Part shown: in pieces, positions 53,836 to 63,758 of the stretch
How the letters are laid out: each line of letters begins with the position of its first letter
How positions within the stretch are numbered: position 1 is the stretch's first letter
NCBI GenBank assembly: GCA_964643575.1
Contig: CAZXTD010000004.1
Location: 2,016 to 66,015, forward strand
From: an uncultured Glaciecola sp.
GTDB lineage: Bacteria; Pseudomonadota; Gammaproteobacteria; Enterobacterales; Alteromonadaceae
DNA length: 64,000 nt
Reading direction: 5' to 3'
The notes under the pieces: generated by a model
The model's input: only the letters and a program-made list of their open reading frames with translations
What the model was told of the DNA's origin: nothing
Database searches by the model: none
Translations under genes and position numbers: made by a program

Positions 53836-54528
53836 ATGAAACGTTTATTAGCTGTCTTTTGCTTGAGTCTAGGACTCATAAGCACAAACGCTTACGCTGC
53901 TGCTATTGTTAATGGGGACTTTGCTACCTGTGACCTGACGGGGTGGGAAACAGCAGATGATTTTGGCGATGCCAATTTGGATGATTTTAGTGTAAATGGG
54001 CTTGCACCAGACTGTGCGGCGACAATAACAATAGATGACGCCAACTCTATGGCAATTTCAAACTCACTTTTATCAGAACTTGATCTCAGCGTTGCTGCTG
54101 GCAATTCCCTAGACATAAGGTTTGATTTTTCTGTTGGCAGCCTTTTAAGCGATATTCTGACAGAGGGGGGAGCGGGTTTCAGTATGTTTTTCATCAATGA
54201 AAATATTATGGGGTCCCAATTTGACCACACAGGACAACTAGGAGAAATCTTTAATCAAGAAATTCTAGGAGCAGAGAGTTTTCTTCAAACTTTTACGATA
54301 GATGAAAGTTTTTATAACACCAGCGGTTGGACTTTAGAAATTCAACTTGGGTCAAGCTTTCGTTTTGAAGAATCCTCTTCATTGACGTTAAATTCTGTTT
54401 CCTTACTCGAACGTTCTATTGACGTATCTGCACCAGCAAGCTTTTCATTAGTTTTCTTGAGTTTCTTGGCAATAAGTTTGTATTCGCGTAACTCAAAAAG
54501 ACATTGCACAAAACAAGTGAAAGCATAA
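53836..54528 (+). CDS. PEP-CTERM-like (exosortase-target) exported protein
   Basis: Signal peptide, IVNGDF..CDLTGW start, C-terminal VSAPAS plus TM helix plus basic tail (RNSKR). Confidence 0.75.
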   Translation: MKRLLAVFCLSLGLISTNAYAAAIVNGDFATCDLTGWETADDFGDANLDDFSVNGLAPDCAATITIDDANSMAISNSLLSELDLSVAAGNSLDIRFDFSVGSLLSDILTEGGAGFSMFFINENIMGSQFDHTGQLGEIFNQEILGAESFLQTFTIDESFYNTSGWTLEIQLGSSFRFEESSSLTLNSVSLLERSIDVSAPASFSLVFLSFLAISLYSRNSKRHCTKQVKA

Positions 54529-54542
54529 AAGGAAACCTAACC

Positions 54543-57410
54543 ATGTTGAAATTTACCAAATCACTTATTGCGTCTGTTGTTGTATTTACAGCTGCAACTC
54601 AAATGCCTGTTATTGCCGAGTGGGAAAATATTGATAATGTTGATCTTAATGCAGGGCGGCAAGTTTTTGACCGAACAAATAGGCAATTTAACAGCACAGT
54701 CAGCATTAAAAATAATAGTGGTGAAGACTTTATAGGTCCTTTGCGATTGCTTGTGAGTGACAGCAGTATGGTCCTTGCGAACCCAGACGGTAGCAACGAG
54801 GAAGGCGTCCCATACGTTGTTATCCCAGAGGGGCTCGGTGCTGGCGAGAGCGCCAGGCTACAACTAAGTTTTGAGCTACAAAGGGCTCGACTTCGTTTTA
54901 ATTTAGCACTACAGCAAGAAGCCGAAGAAGAATCTGATTGGGAGCTTGTATGGAGCGACGAATTTGACGGTGACCAAGTTGACGAAACAAAGTGGTCGTT
55001 TGAAGAGAACTGCTGGGGTGGTGGTAACAACGAACAGCAATGCTATACCAACCGGCTCGACAACTCGGTAGTTGCAGATGGTTTATTAACCATTATCGCC
55101 AAACGAGAGGATTTTACCGGGCCAAATAATCCAAATGGCGATACAAATAATTTGGCAACACTGCCCTATACCTCGGCACGCTTGCGCACAATAAACAAAG
55201 GTGATTGGACCTATGGGCGCTTTGAAATTAGCGCGAAAATGCCGCAAGGGCAGGGCACTTGGCCTGCTATATGGATGCTACCGACTGACTATGTGTACGG
55301 CGGATGGGCAGCTTCGGGCGAAATTGACATTATGGAAGCAGTTAATCTAAAAGCACAAAGTGACGCTAGTGGTGCGCAAGAAGGGGATGAAGAAAACAGG
55401 ATTCACGGTACTTTGCATTATGGGCGCTCTTGGCCAGGCAATGTGGCATCAGGTACTGACTTTAGTTTGCCAAATGGCATTAACCCTGCAGACGGCTTTC
55501 ACGAATATGCAATAGAGTGGGAAGACGGCGAAATACGTTGGTATATAGATGATATTCATTACGCAACGCAAACCTCAGACGGTTGGTATGCTCAATACGT
55601 AGATGAGGATGGCGTGTTACGCGATGCTGAGGGCTCAGCGCCATTTAATGAACGTTTCCACATGCTAATAAATCTTGCTGTAGGAGGCAATTGGGCTGCA
55701 AATGTAAACGAAACAGGTATCGATGAATCGGTTTTTCCACAAACCATGCAAGTTGATTACGTGCGCGTTTACGAATGTTCGATTAATCCATCAAACGGGC
55801 AAGGTTGCGCTACGATTGGTGAAAACCCTGAATTTGTGCCAGGCAACACGCCGCCAGTGTTACAAGACCCTGATTCAGATATTGGCGCAGGTCCAGTTTT
55901 TGACATATTCATTGACGATTTAAGCGATGGATTAGGTTTTGATGGCTTTAATCCCGATGGAACAGTCGTTTACAACGTGACATCAGAAGATGGCAGAGGT
56001 AACGTTATTTCACTGTCGCAAAGCGGTAATGTGGGTAACTTCTTTGTGAACGGTAGCCCGGGTATGGATTTGAGTCATTTTGCTGAATACGGCGAAATTT
56101 CGTTTGATATTAAAGTTGTCGAGAATAATAGCGACGCAACAGCCTTAATTAAAATGGACAGCGGTTGGCCCTCAGTGAGCGATATCCGCATCGAATTGCC
56201 AAGTGTTGGCGAATGGCAAACTGTGACGCTAAAAGTGGCTGATATTCTTGCAAACAGCAACACTTTTGCTCCCGGCAATTTTGCCGATGTTGCTCAAATC
56301 GTTAATCCATTCGTGTTTGAGCCTAGCGGGCCAGTTGAATTGATGCTCGATAACATCAAGTATCAATATAATCTAGCAGGCATTAATGAAGTTGTGGTGT
56401 TTGACGAGTTTGACCACCCTCCTTATACCTTAGGGCAGTTTGTTGCAAATGGCAGCGTCACCATGGAGCAAATCGACAGTGGTGATAGCGCGCAAGGCCA
56501 AGTCAAAGAGCTTACCTTTAATACCAACGAGTCGGTTGTATTCTTTCAAACACAAGTTGATGGCACGGGCGCAACGCTTAAGCTGGATATGACGCATTTA
56601 GACACGTTAGAGTTTGATTTATACCTTGTTGAAGACCCTCGAGATTTACGTAATTTTACCATTAAAATGGATTGCGGCTTTCCTTGCGGAACAGGCGATG
56701 TGCCAATTGAAGCACCACCGGTTGGTGTATGGACAAGTTACTCAATTCCTTTAGCTGATTTAGTGAGTCATCCGGGCTCTAATTTAGACCTTGCTAGCGT
56801 TGATACACCTTTGGTGATATTCCCAAGCTGGGGTAATCAGCAGGGCGTAGTGATGCAAGTGGATAACGTACGTGTAGTTGGCGACGGTGACGACAACAAC
56901 AATGTACCCATTGAAGTAGTGGTAGCAGAGGCAACCACTATTTTTGATGATGACTTAGCAAGTGAGTGGTCTTTCTTTGACTGTTGTGGCAACGCCGCGG
57001 TTAGCTTTGATACGGATGGACAAAGAGGCCAAGTCATTAAGGTCGACTTTTTTGGTCCATCAGGCACTGTGTCGGGTTTACAGGCAAGCTTACCACATAA
57101 CCTAAATGCAGTAAGCCAAGGCACTATTAGCTTTGATTTAAAACTTGTATCGCCATCGAACTTTGCAAATGCAGCTTATTTGGTTAAGTTTGAAGGCAGT
57201 GATGGCTCATTTTATGAGCGTGAGCTTAGCGCCAGTCTAGAAGGTATGCAACCTGAGCTAGGCCAGTGGCAGACCTACACGTTCAACATTGCAGACCTTG
57301 CTGCGGGTGGTTTAAATATAGAAAAGCTGCGTTTGATTATGGCCTTTCCAAGTTGGATGAATGCGCAAGGCGCAATTTATCAGCTTGATAATGTCGTTAT
57401 TACGCCATAG
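54543..57410 (+). CDS. Secreted multi-modular GH16 beta-1,3-glucanase (laminarinase-like)
   Basis: Signal peptide, WELVWSDEF, WPAIWMLP, catalytic EIDIME, NLAVGGNW; an N-terminal unknown module and three C-terminal beta-sandwich repeats. Confidence 0.92.
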   Translation: MLKFTKSLIASVVVFTAATQMPVIAEWENIDNVDLNAGRQVFDRTNRQFNSTVSIKNNSGEDFIGPLRLLVSDSSMVLANPDGSNEEGVPYVVIPEGLGAGESARLQLSFELQRARLRFNLALQQEAEEESDWELVWSDEFDGDQVDETKWSFEENCWGGGNNEQQCYTNRLDNSVVADGLLTIIAKREDFTGPNNPNGDTNNLATLPYTSARLRTINKGDWTYGRFEISAKMPQGQGTWPAIWMLPTDYVYGGWAASGEIDIMEAVNLKAQSDASGAQEGDEENRIHGTLHYGRSWPGNVASGTDFSLPNGINPADGFHEYAIEWEDGEIRWYIDDIHYATQTSDGWYAQYVDEDGVLRDAEGSAPFNERFHMLINLAVGGNWAANVNETGIDESVFPQTMQVDYVRVYECSINPSNGQGCATIGENPEFVPGNTPPVLQDPDSDIGAGPVFDIFIDDLSDGLGFDGFNPDGTVVYNVTSEDGRGNVISLSQSGNVGNFFVNGSPGMDLSHFAEYGEISFDIKVVENNSDATALIKMDSGWPSVSDIRIELPSVGEWQTVTLKVADILANSNTFAPGNFADVAQIVNPFVFEPSGPVELMLDNIKYQYNLAGINEVVVFDEFDHPPYTLGQFVANGSVTMEQIDSGDSAQGQVKELTFNTNESVVFFQTQVDGTGATLKLDMTHLDTLEFDLYLVEDPRDLRNFTIKMDCGFPCGTGDVPIEAPPVGVWTSYSIPLADLVSHPGSNLDLASVDTPLVIFPSWGNQQGVVMQVDNVRVVGDGDDNNNVPIEVVVAEATTIFDDDLASEWSFFDCCGNAAVSFDTDGQRGQVIKVDFFGPSGTVSGLQASLPHNLNAVSQGTISFDLKLVSPSNFANAAYLVKFEGSDGSFYERELSASLEGMQPELGQWQTYTFNIADLAAGGLNIEKLRLIMAFPSWMNAQGAIYQLDNVVITP

Positions 57411-57422
57411 GGCTAAGGTAAC

Positions 57423-57553
57423 TCCCCGTCATCCCGTCGAAGGACGGGATCTCCTTGGTATACAACTAACTTTAATTGAGACAGTTTACTGGGTTTCAAG
57501 GAGGTTACCGCCTTCGCGGTAATAACGGGGGAGCTTCGCGGTAATGACGGGGG
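57423..57553. repeat. Second family of palindromic repeat (inverted hairpin pair plus partial copy)
   Basis: TCCCCGTC-ATCCCGTC-GAAG-GACGGGAT-CTCCTTG ... CAAGGAGG-TTACCGC-CTTC-GCGGTAA-TAACGGGGGA, then GCTTCGCGGTAATGACGGGGG. Confidence 0.8.
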
Positions 57554-57629
57554 TTGTATTTAAACAATAAACGACAAGTCAAAGCTTGTAATGTAAGCTA
57601 TTAGCAATAAATATATCGAGGTAATTACA

Positions 57630-59567
57630 ATGAAAATAAAATCCTTAATGAGTTATTGCTGTTGCTTGTTCTTAGCCGCATTAGTCAGCGCGAGTGTCAG
57701 CGCGTCTGAAAAACATGTTACGCCCGAAGACCTATGGCAGTTGAAGCGTGTAAGCCCGCTAGGGCTTAATCAAGCAGGCACGCATGTACTTTACAGAGTG
57801 ACCGTGCCTAATATCCAAAGCAATGGTTTTGATAGCAAAGTGTATCAGGTGTCTGTTAATGGAGGCCCTAGTCAATTAGTCGAGAACTATCAAGGCTTGG
57901 TGGTAGATAAAAATGTGTCTCCTGATGGCACTAAAAAGCTTTTCCACCAATCAGTGAAAATAGATGTAGTACTTGGCACAGACCGCTACAAGGATTTGAG
58001 TAAATCAAACGCCTATGTGTTTGATGACTTAAACTATCGGCATTGGGACACATGGAACGACGGCAGTTTTAAGCATGTGTTTTATAAAGACCTAGTGAGT
58101 GAAGAACAAACCGACATAATGCTCAACGAGCCATACTCTTCCCCGCAATCACCTTTTGGTGGCGAAGAAGACTACATTTGGGGCCCACAAGGCAAACATA
58201 TTTATTACGTGAGTAAAAAGCTCGAAGGCGTTGAATATGTGACTAGCACCAACACTGATATATATCGTTATACACTCGCCAACAAAGAAACCGTTAATCT
58301 GACCAAAGACAACCTAGGTTACGACAAGTATCCAGCGTTTTCGTCTAAAGGACAGTTAGCTTGGCTACGTATGCAAACACCGGGTTACGAAGCCGATAAA
58401 AACGACATTATGGTCATGTTAGGCGACGATATGCTAAACCTGACAGGCCATTGGGATGAGAGCGTTCAAAGTTTTAAGTGGAGTAAAGACGCTCGCCGTA
58501 TTTACTTTACTGCTGCTACCGGTGGCACTATCCAGCTATTTCAAGTAAGCCTACCTCGGCGCTTAAGCGCAAGCACTAAAGCTGATGATCTTCAGATAGA
58601 ACAGCTCACTCAAGGCCAGTTTGATGTAAATGGCATTGTGGCAGAGGTTGACGGAAAGCTTATAGTGACCCGCAATAGTATGAACGCAGCCAGAGAGATT
58701 TATAGCTACAACATTAAAAGCAAAGCACTAACAGCCCTTACCACTGAAAACGACGCTTTTTATGCTTCAAAAGACTTGCCGACCGTTAAAAAGCAAATGG
58801 TGAAAACCCAAGACGGTCAAGACATGCTGGTTTGGGTGATTTACCCGCCTAATTTTGATGAAAGCAAAAAGTACCCAACATTGCTCTACGCACAAGGTGG
58901 CCCGCAGTCGCCCTTATCCCAGTTTTATTCGTTTCGTTGGAACTTCCAAGTTATGGCGTCACAAGGTTACATTGTGGTAGCGCCAAACCGCCGTGGTATG
59001 CCTGGGCATGGCGTTAAATGGAACGAGGCTATTAGCAAAGACTGGGGCGGCGGTGCTATGCAAGACTATCTCGACGCTATCGATGAGGTATCTAAAGCAT
59101 CTTACGTAGACAATGACCGCATTGGAATGATTGGCGCAAGCTTTGGTGGCTACTCAGTGTTTTACTTAGCCGCGCATCACGAAAACCGTTTTAAGACATT
59201 TATCTCTCACGACGGCGTATTTGATTTTAAAAGCATGTATGGCACTACCGAAGAGCTGTTTTTTGTGAATCATGATATCGGCGGCGCATATTGGGACAAA
59301 AACAACGCCGCGGCGCAAAAGTCGTATGAAGAATTTAACCCTATTAATTTTGTGCAAAATTGGAATGCGCCAATGTTAGTTATCCATGGCGGCAGAGACT
59401 ACAGAGTACCACTAGGGCAGGGCATTCAAGCGTTTCAAGCCGCACGTTTGCTTGGGCTTAAAAGCCGCTTAGTGTATTTCCCTGAAGAAAACCATTGGGT
59501 GCTTACTCCCCAAAATGGTTTGGTATGGCAGCATGAGTTCTTTAAGTGGTTGGATGAAACGCTGTAG
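57630..59567 (+). CDS. S9 family (prolyl oligopeptidase / DPP-like) secreted peptidase
   Basis: Signal peptide, beta-propeller region, QGGPQ, nucleophile GASFGG, D.RVP, EENHW. Confidence 0.93.
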   Translation: MKIKSLMSYCCCLFLAALVSASVSASEKHVTPEDLWQLKRVSPLGLNQAGTHVLYRVTVPNIQSNGFDSKVYQVSVNGGPSQLVENYQGLVVDKNVSPDGTKKLFHQSVKIDVVLGTDRYKDLSKSNAYVFDDLNYRHWDTWNDGSFKHVFYKDLVSEEQTDIMLNEPYSSPQSPFGGEEDYIWGPQGKHIYYVSKKLEGVEYVTSTNTDIYRYTLANKETVNLTKDNLGYDKYPAFSSKGQLAWLRMQTPGYEADKNDIMVMLGDDMLNLTGHWDESVQSFKWSKDARRIYFTAATGGTIQLFQVSLPRRLSASTKADDLQIEQLTQGQFDVNGIVAEVDGKLIVTRNSMNAAREIYSYNIKSKALTALTTENDAFYASKDLPTVKKQMVKTQDGQDMLVWVIYPPNFDESKKYPTLLYAQGGPQSPLSQFYSFRWNFQVMASQGYIVVAPNRRGMPGHGVKWNEAISKDWGGGAMQDYLDAIDEVSKASYVDNDRIGMIGASFGGYSVFYLAAHHENRFKTFISHDGVFDFKSMYGTTEELFFVNHDIGGAYWDKNNAAAQKSYEEFNPINFVQNWNAPMLVIHGGRDYRVPLGQGIQAFQAARLLGLKSRLVYFPEENHWVLTPQNGLVWQHEFFKWLDETL

Positions 59568-59653
59568 ATTGATTAAGCGGTTTTCGCAAAACACACATTA
59601 TATTTATTAATATGGTGTGCTCGGTTTTTAGTCGAACTATTAAAAAACTAAGA

Positions 59654-60742
59654 TTAGGGTTCAGGTGGTGACTGCGTTTCAACTTCGATGCGGTCACGGC
59701 CATTTTCTTTGGCCACATATAGTAGTTCATCAGCCCGTTTTAAAATGTCTTCGATAGGCTCTTCGTTACTCAAAGTAACAATACCAAAACTCATGGTGAT
59801 AGATAACTCTTTAGAAGACATCAATTTGCTCACGAGGCTGCTTTTGACCTTTTCAATTACTTGTGGTGCTTGGTCTATGCTGCACCTAGGTAGCACTATT
59901 ACAAACTCCTCTCCGCCCCATCGGCATATGACATCACTTTTACGTAAATTTGCAGATAATGTGTCGGCTATACCAATTAGTACCTCATCGCCAACCTGAT
60001 GCCCGTATGTGTCGTTTACTTTTTTGAAGTGGTCAACATCGGCAAAGCACAAGCAGAATGGAGATCGTGACTTCTTCATCATTTCAAGCTCGTAGTCGAG
60101 TAATTCGTATAAAAAGTGACGGTTATATAAGCCGGTGAGCTCGTCATTATAAATTTGTTTTTGTAGGCGTTTGCTTTGCTTGATTTGCATAGACTTTAAC
60201 CGCATTAATACAAACATTAATGCGGCGCCAGTCATGAGCGTAACAATCAAAAAGAAAATATCAGCGGTTCTGGCTGAACTTTTGCCTTGTGCACTTTCGG
60301 GAAAAATCGCATGTATTATGACCAGTTCTGCGACTACCAAAAGCCCTATTGCACCTGTGACCCAGTAATTTTTAGCCGTGTTCAAAGTTGCCATTGCAAT
60401 GGTCGACCATAAAATCATTTGCGCGCCAAAGTCAGTGCCGGTAAACCATGTGATTATCGGCACATTCACAATCATATTAACCAGGGCGAGTATTACCGAT
60501 AGTTCAAATTTTCCGGTGCGCACCAAGTAAGTCGAAGCACACCACAAAAGTGCACCAACAATACAGGAGTAAACCGCGGTCCACATAGAGCCTGCTGTAA
60601 ACAGCACGATGCCGACAATATTCATGCTAAAACCACTTATGCAAGACAAGAAAATACCGAAATATTCGGCATGCTTGCGCTTTTCTATCTGTTTGGGTGG
60701 ATAGTTAATAAAGTTACTTAAACGCGCTATTAGACTCACCAT
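59654..60742 (-). CDS. Membrane-bound GGDEF diguanylate cyclase with RxxD I-site
   Basis: About 6 TM helices; DELTGLYNR, DVDHFKKVNDTYGH, RKSDVICRWGGEEF. Confidence 0.9.
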   Translation of the reverse strand: MVSLIARLSNFINYPPKQIEKRKHAEYFGIFLSCISGFSMNIVGIVLFTAGSMWTAVYSCIVGALLWCASTYLVRTGKFELSVILALVNMIVNVPIITWFTGTDFGAQMILWSTIAMATLNTAKNYWVTGAIGLLVVAELVIIHAIFPESAQGKSSARTADIFFLIVTLMTGAALMFVLMRLKSMQIKQSKRLQKQIYNDELTGLYNRHFLYELLDYELEMMKKSRSPFCLCFADVDHFKKVNDTYGHQVGDEVLIGIADTLSANLRKSDVICRWGGEEFVIVLPRCSIDQAPQVIEKVKSSLVSKLMSSKELSITMSFGIVTLSNEEPIEDILKRADELLYVAKENGRDRIEVETQSPPEP

Positions 60743-60744
60743 AA

Positions 60745-61797
60745 TTATGTTAGCAACTTTGTTTGAATATTGTTTCTTCCTTGCGCTTTTGCTTGATACA
60801 AGAGTGCGTCTACACGTTGCAAAAGGTGGTCTAAGCTCTCGTTGCCATCGCTTTCAACCAAACCAAAACTCATAGTTATAGACAAACCGTCTATTGCGTT
60901 ATCACTTACCACGCTGGCAATCGCCTGTATTACAGACTCGGCATACTCTACTCTGCTTTCTGGCAGGTAAATCAAAAATTCTTCACCGCCCCAGCGACAG
61001 GATGTATCGTTTTGCCCCAAATAAGTCTGAAAGCATTCAGACACCATTTTAAGCACTTTATCGCCAACATCATGGCCATGGTTATCGTTGATTGATTTGA
61101 AGTGGTCAATATCGGCCATCGCTAGAGTGAAAGAACGTTTTTCGCGAGCTGAAACGGCCAATTGATAATTCAAAAATGAAGTGAAATAACGTCTGTTGTA
61201 AAGGTCGGTTAAGTTGTCACGGTTGGCTAAACGTTGAAGTTTGTTCCGGCGCTTACTAACCGACAGACTCATTGTCACGATAGAAAGCAATAGCAAAGTG
61301 CCGCCGACACCAATAAACACTAATTTGGAGTAAGCATAAAACTCATATTCGGTGCTATGTGGAATAAAATACTGAAGGCTAACAAAGATAAGTATCGCGA
61401 GGCCAAAAATGTTACGTGCAACGGCCAAGTTAATACTTGTATTAATGGCAAACAAGCATGCTGTGGGCCATATCAACATGTGAAAGCCTGACTGCGTGCC
61501 ATAAACCGTGGTGTGAAATGCAATCACAAAAAGATTAGTAATGGTTATTAATAAAACTGCTTGGTCAAAACGAATTTGTGCAATCAAGACAAGTGAATAT
61601 AGGTAGAGACAAACTGCAATGATATTAACAAAGATAAGGCTATGAATATTTGCCTGAAAGACCGTCCATAGCAAAAACGAGAAAGCAACCAGCATCGCGA
61701 TACTAAACTGCATCATTCGTTGATACTCGCGTTTCGCGAACGGCTCAAGTGCCTTGTAGCGGTCTTTAAAGTTGTTTGATGCGGAAGCTTTAATCAA
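60745..61797 (-). CDS. Membrane-bound GGDEF diguanylate cyclase without RxxD
   Basis: About 6 TM helices; DNLTDLYNRR, DIDHFKSINDNHGH, GQNDTSCRWGGEEF. Confidence 0.9.
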   Translation of the reverse strand: MIKASASNNFKDRYKALEPFAKREYQRMMQFSIAMLVAFSFLLWTVFQANIHSLIFVNIIAVCLYLYSLVLIAQIRFDQAVLLITITNLFVIAFHTTVYGTQSGFHMLIWPTACLFAINTSINLAVARNIFGLAILIFVSLQYFIPHSTEYEFYAYSKLVFIGVGGTLLLLSIVTMSLSVSKRRNKLQRLANRDNLTDLYNRRYFTSFLNYQLAVSAREKRSFTLAMADIDHFKSINDNHGHDVGDKVLKMVSECFQTYLGQNDTSCRWGGEEFLIYLPESRVEYAESVIQAIASVVSDNAIDGLSITMSFGLVESDGNESLDHLLQRVDALLYQAKAQGRNNIQTKLLT

Positions 61798-62025
61798 TTT
61801 ACTAAACCCAATGCACTGGATCGGTGGTGCGGGCTACGCTCGTTAAGGGTAACAATTTTCTGCATAAGACGAGACGAGTCTTCCCAGCAAATTGTATACT
61901 TGGCGGTAATTGTGCGAACAAGTGTTAACTCTCCAAGAGCGTTATGTTGAGCATTCGTTAGCACATAATATCGGCCTAATTGTGGGAAACTTAAGTAGTT
62001 TTACGCATTCTGTCTATTCAAATAA

Positions 62026-62493
62026 TTACTCTTCGAGGATGTACGTAAAACGGCCATTCGCCGTTTTTCTAAACTTTCCTGAATCGAGGTCGCCGTTATC
62101 CAAAATAGTATCGAGCTCAGCTATTTCTGCTTCGGTAGCGGTCGGTCCAACAATAGAGATGCCCGCATAAGAATAGCCATCAGGTCCTTCCCAATTCCAG
62201 TTACCACCAAGTGCTGTTGTGCTCAACCATTCGGTTTCGTTAATGGCTAAACCTCTAGCAACGGGTAAGGTGAGGTGTGTATCGTCTGGGTAAACGCCAT
62301 TGACTTGCTTAGCAATATCAAATGCTCGAGCAAAACTGCCGAGCTGCGTTGCGGTTTCAGACAAGCTTGCTCTGAGCACCATGTTTTTGTAGGAGGGTAA
62401 GGCAACCGACGCGAGTATGCCGATGATTGCGACCACAATCATCAATTCGATTAAGGTAAAGCCTGTTTGTTTTTTATTTGATAATACTTCCAT
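62026..62493 (-). CDS. Type IV pilin / pseudopilin-like protein
   Basis: TG|[24 protein letters not shown]; no cysteines. Confidence 0.88.
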   Translation of the reverse strand: MEVLSNKKQTGFTLIELMIVVAIIGILASVALPSYKNMVLRASLSETATQLGSFARAFDIAKQVNGVYPDDTHLTLPVARGLAINETEWLSTTALGGNWNWEGPDGYSYAGISIVGPTATEAEIAELDTILDNGDLDSGKFRKTANGRFTYILEE

Positions 62494-62625
62494 TTGAACA
62501 CCCCTTTACTACGACAACTTAGATCATTGATGATCACGTTTGTTCTAGACATCGTTCAAAATGGAAGATACCACATGCTTGAAGCAGTTAGGTCATGTAT
62601 GAAAATACGCGCGTATATCTTGGGC

Positions 62626-62642
62626 CGCAATATTTGCACCAA
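62626..62642 (-). promoter_or_regulatory. Candidate sigma54 (-24/-12) promoter
   Basis: Minus strand TTGGTGCAAATATTGCG has GG-N10-GC spacing, about 130 nt upstream of the pilin ATG. Confidence 0.55.
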
Positions 62643-62663
62643 ATGAGTACTTACCCCATAGCA

Positions 62664-62909
62664 TTATCCGTGAAGTTTTGTGTATTTCTCGGCAAGTTGA
62701 TCAAGAGTTTCAACTCTTTTTGGGTCGGCAACAATGCATTCTATTGGGCATACTTGAACACAACTAGGCTCATCAAAGTGCCCCACACACTCTGTGCATT
62801 TGTCGGCGTTTATTTCGTATATCTCAGCGCCCAAAGCAATGGCATCGTTGGGGCATTCTTCGGGGCATAGATCGCAGTTTATGCATTCGTCGGTGATATG
62901 TAGTGCCAT
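62664..62909 (-). CDS. yfhL: YfhL-family 2[4Fe-4S] ferredoxin
   Basis: CINCDLCPEECP and CTECVGHFDEPSCVQVCP. Confidence 0.93.
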   Translation of the reverse strand: MALHITDECINCDLCPEECPNDAIALGAEIYEINADKCTECVGHFDEPSCVQVCPIECIVADPKRVETLDQLAEKYTKLHG

Positions 62910-62989
62910 GTTATTAACCTCACGCAGGTAGTTACATTAGTGTGTATTTGCAGGTTAGCGTGAATAACGAATTATGCTCTTGATCTTCG

Positions 62990-63661
62990 TCAAAGATAAG
63001 CGTTTTCTAAAATAGACAGAGTAAAAGATTTGCGCAAATAGAAACCGCGAGGCCTTGTTTTGATTATGCTGCCATCGGCTCCAACGGCATCTGTAAGGGC
63101 GCTTCCGTTTGCGGCTTTAGGTCGTAATTGCAATACCTCACCTACTCGGGCGGTAATGGTTTCGACTTGGCCCAGAGCAATGAGATCCATTAACTCTTCC
63201 CAGTCTTCTTGCATGAGTTTTGATTGCTGGTCGTTAGGTTGCCACATAATGGGCGAGCCGACGACACGATCTGCGGGGGGAATTTCACGCTCACCTTGGA
63301 CCGGTATCCACAATACCTTCGTTAGTTTGTTGCGTACGTTTGAAGTTTCCCACGTCAGGCCCGTCAAGTGTGTGAGTGGCGCATAACATACATAGGTGGT
63401 CTCAAGAGGTGTATTGGCGTGGCTTAAAGGGAGCGTTTTGAGCTCAATACCCAATTCAACAAAGTCTTGCTCAGGTTTACTGCCAGCGCTTGCGCCTAAA
63501 TAGGCCTCAATAAGCTGCCCGCTCCAGCCTTTGTGACGTTTAAAATTAAGCGGCACTTTTACGCCGATGTGCTGAGCGATATCAGCAAGGCGTAAACCTG
63601 CCATTTCGCTAGCGCGTGCCATAAGTGCACTTTCAGATTGAGGTGGGGCTTGAATTTTCAC
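62990..63661 (-). CDS. mutH: DNA mismatch repair endonuclease MutH (start moved to GTG 63661)
   Basis: KGWSGQLIE, AGSKPEQDF, ELKTLP, LQLRPKAA, RGFYLRK. Confidence 0.96.
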   Translation of the reverse strand: MKIQAPPQSESALMARASEMAGLRLADIAQHIGVKVPLNFKRHKGWSGQLIEAYLGASAGSKPEQDFVELGIELKTLPLSHANTPLETTYVCYAPLTHLTGLTWETSNVRNKLTKVLWIPVQGEREIPPADRVVGSPIMWQPNDQQSKLMQEDWEELMDLIALGQVETITARVGEVLQLRPKAANGSALTDAVGADGSIIKTRPRGFYLRKSFTLSILENAYL

Positions 63662-63758
63662 AAATCTGCAACAAATACTTTGACTAAATCTAAGAATATG
63701 AAAGAATGTAAGTATATCAAAAAACAACCGCGCCAGGTAATCAGAGTGATTGATACCG

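Noticed and set aside
61798-62025. c-di-GMP riboswitch upstream of the DGC pair
   Set aside because: No GEMM-type consensus visible on either strand
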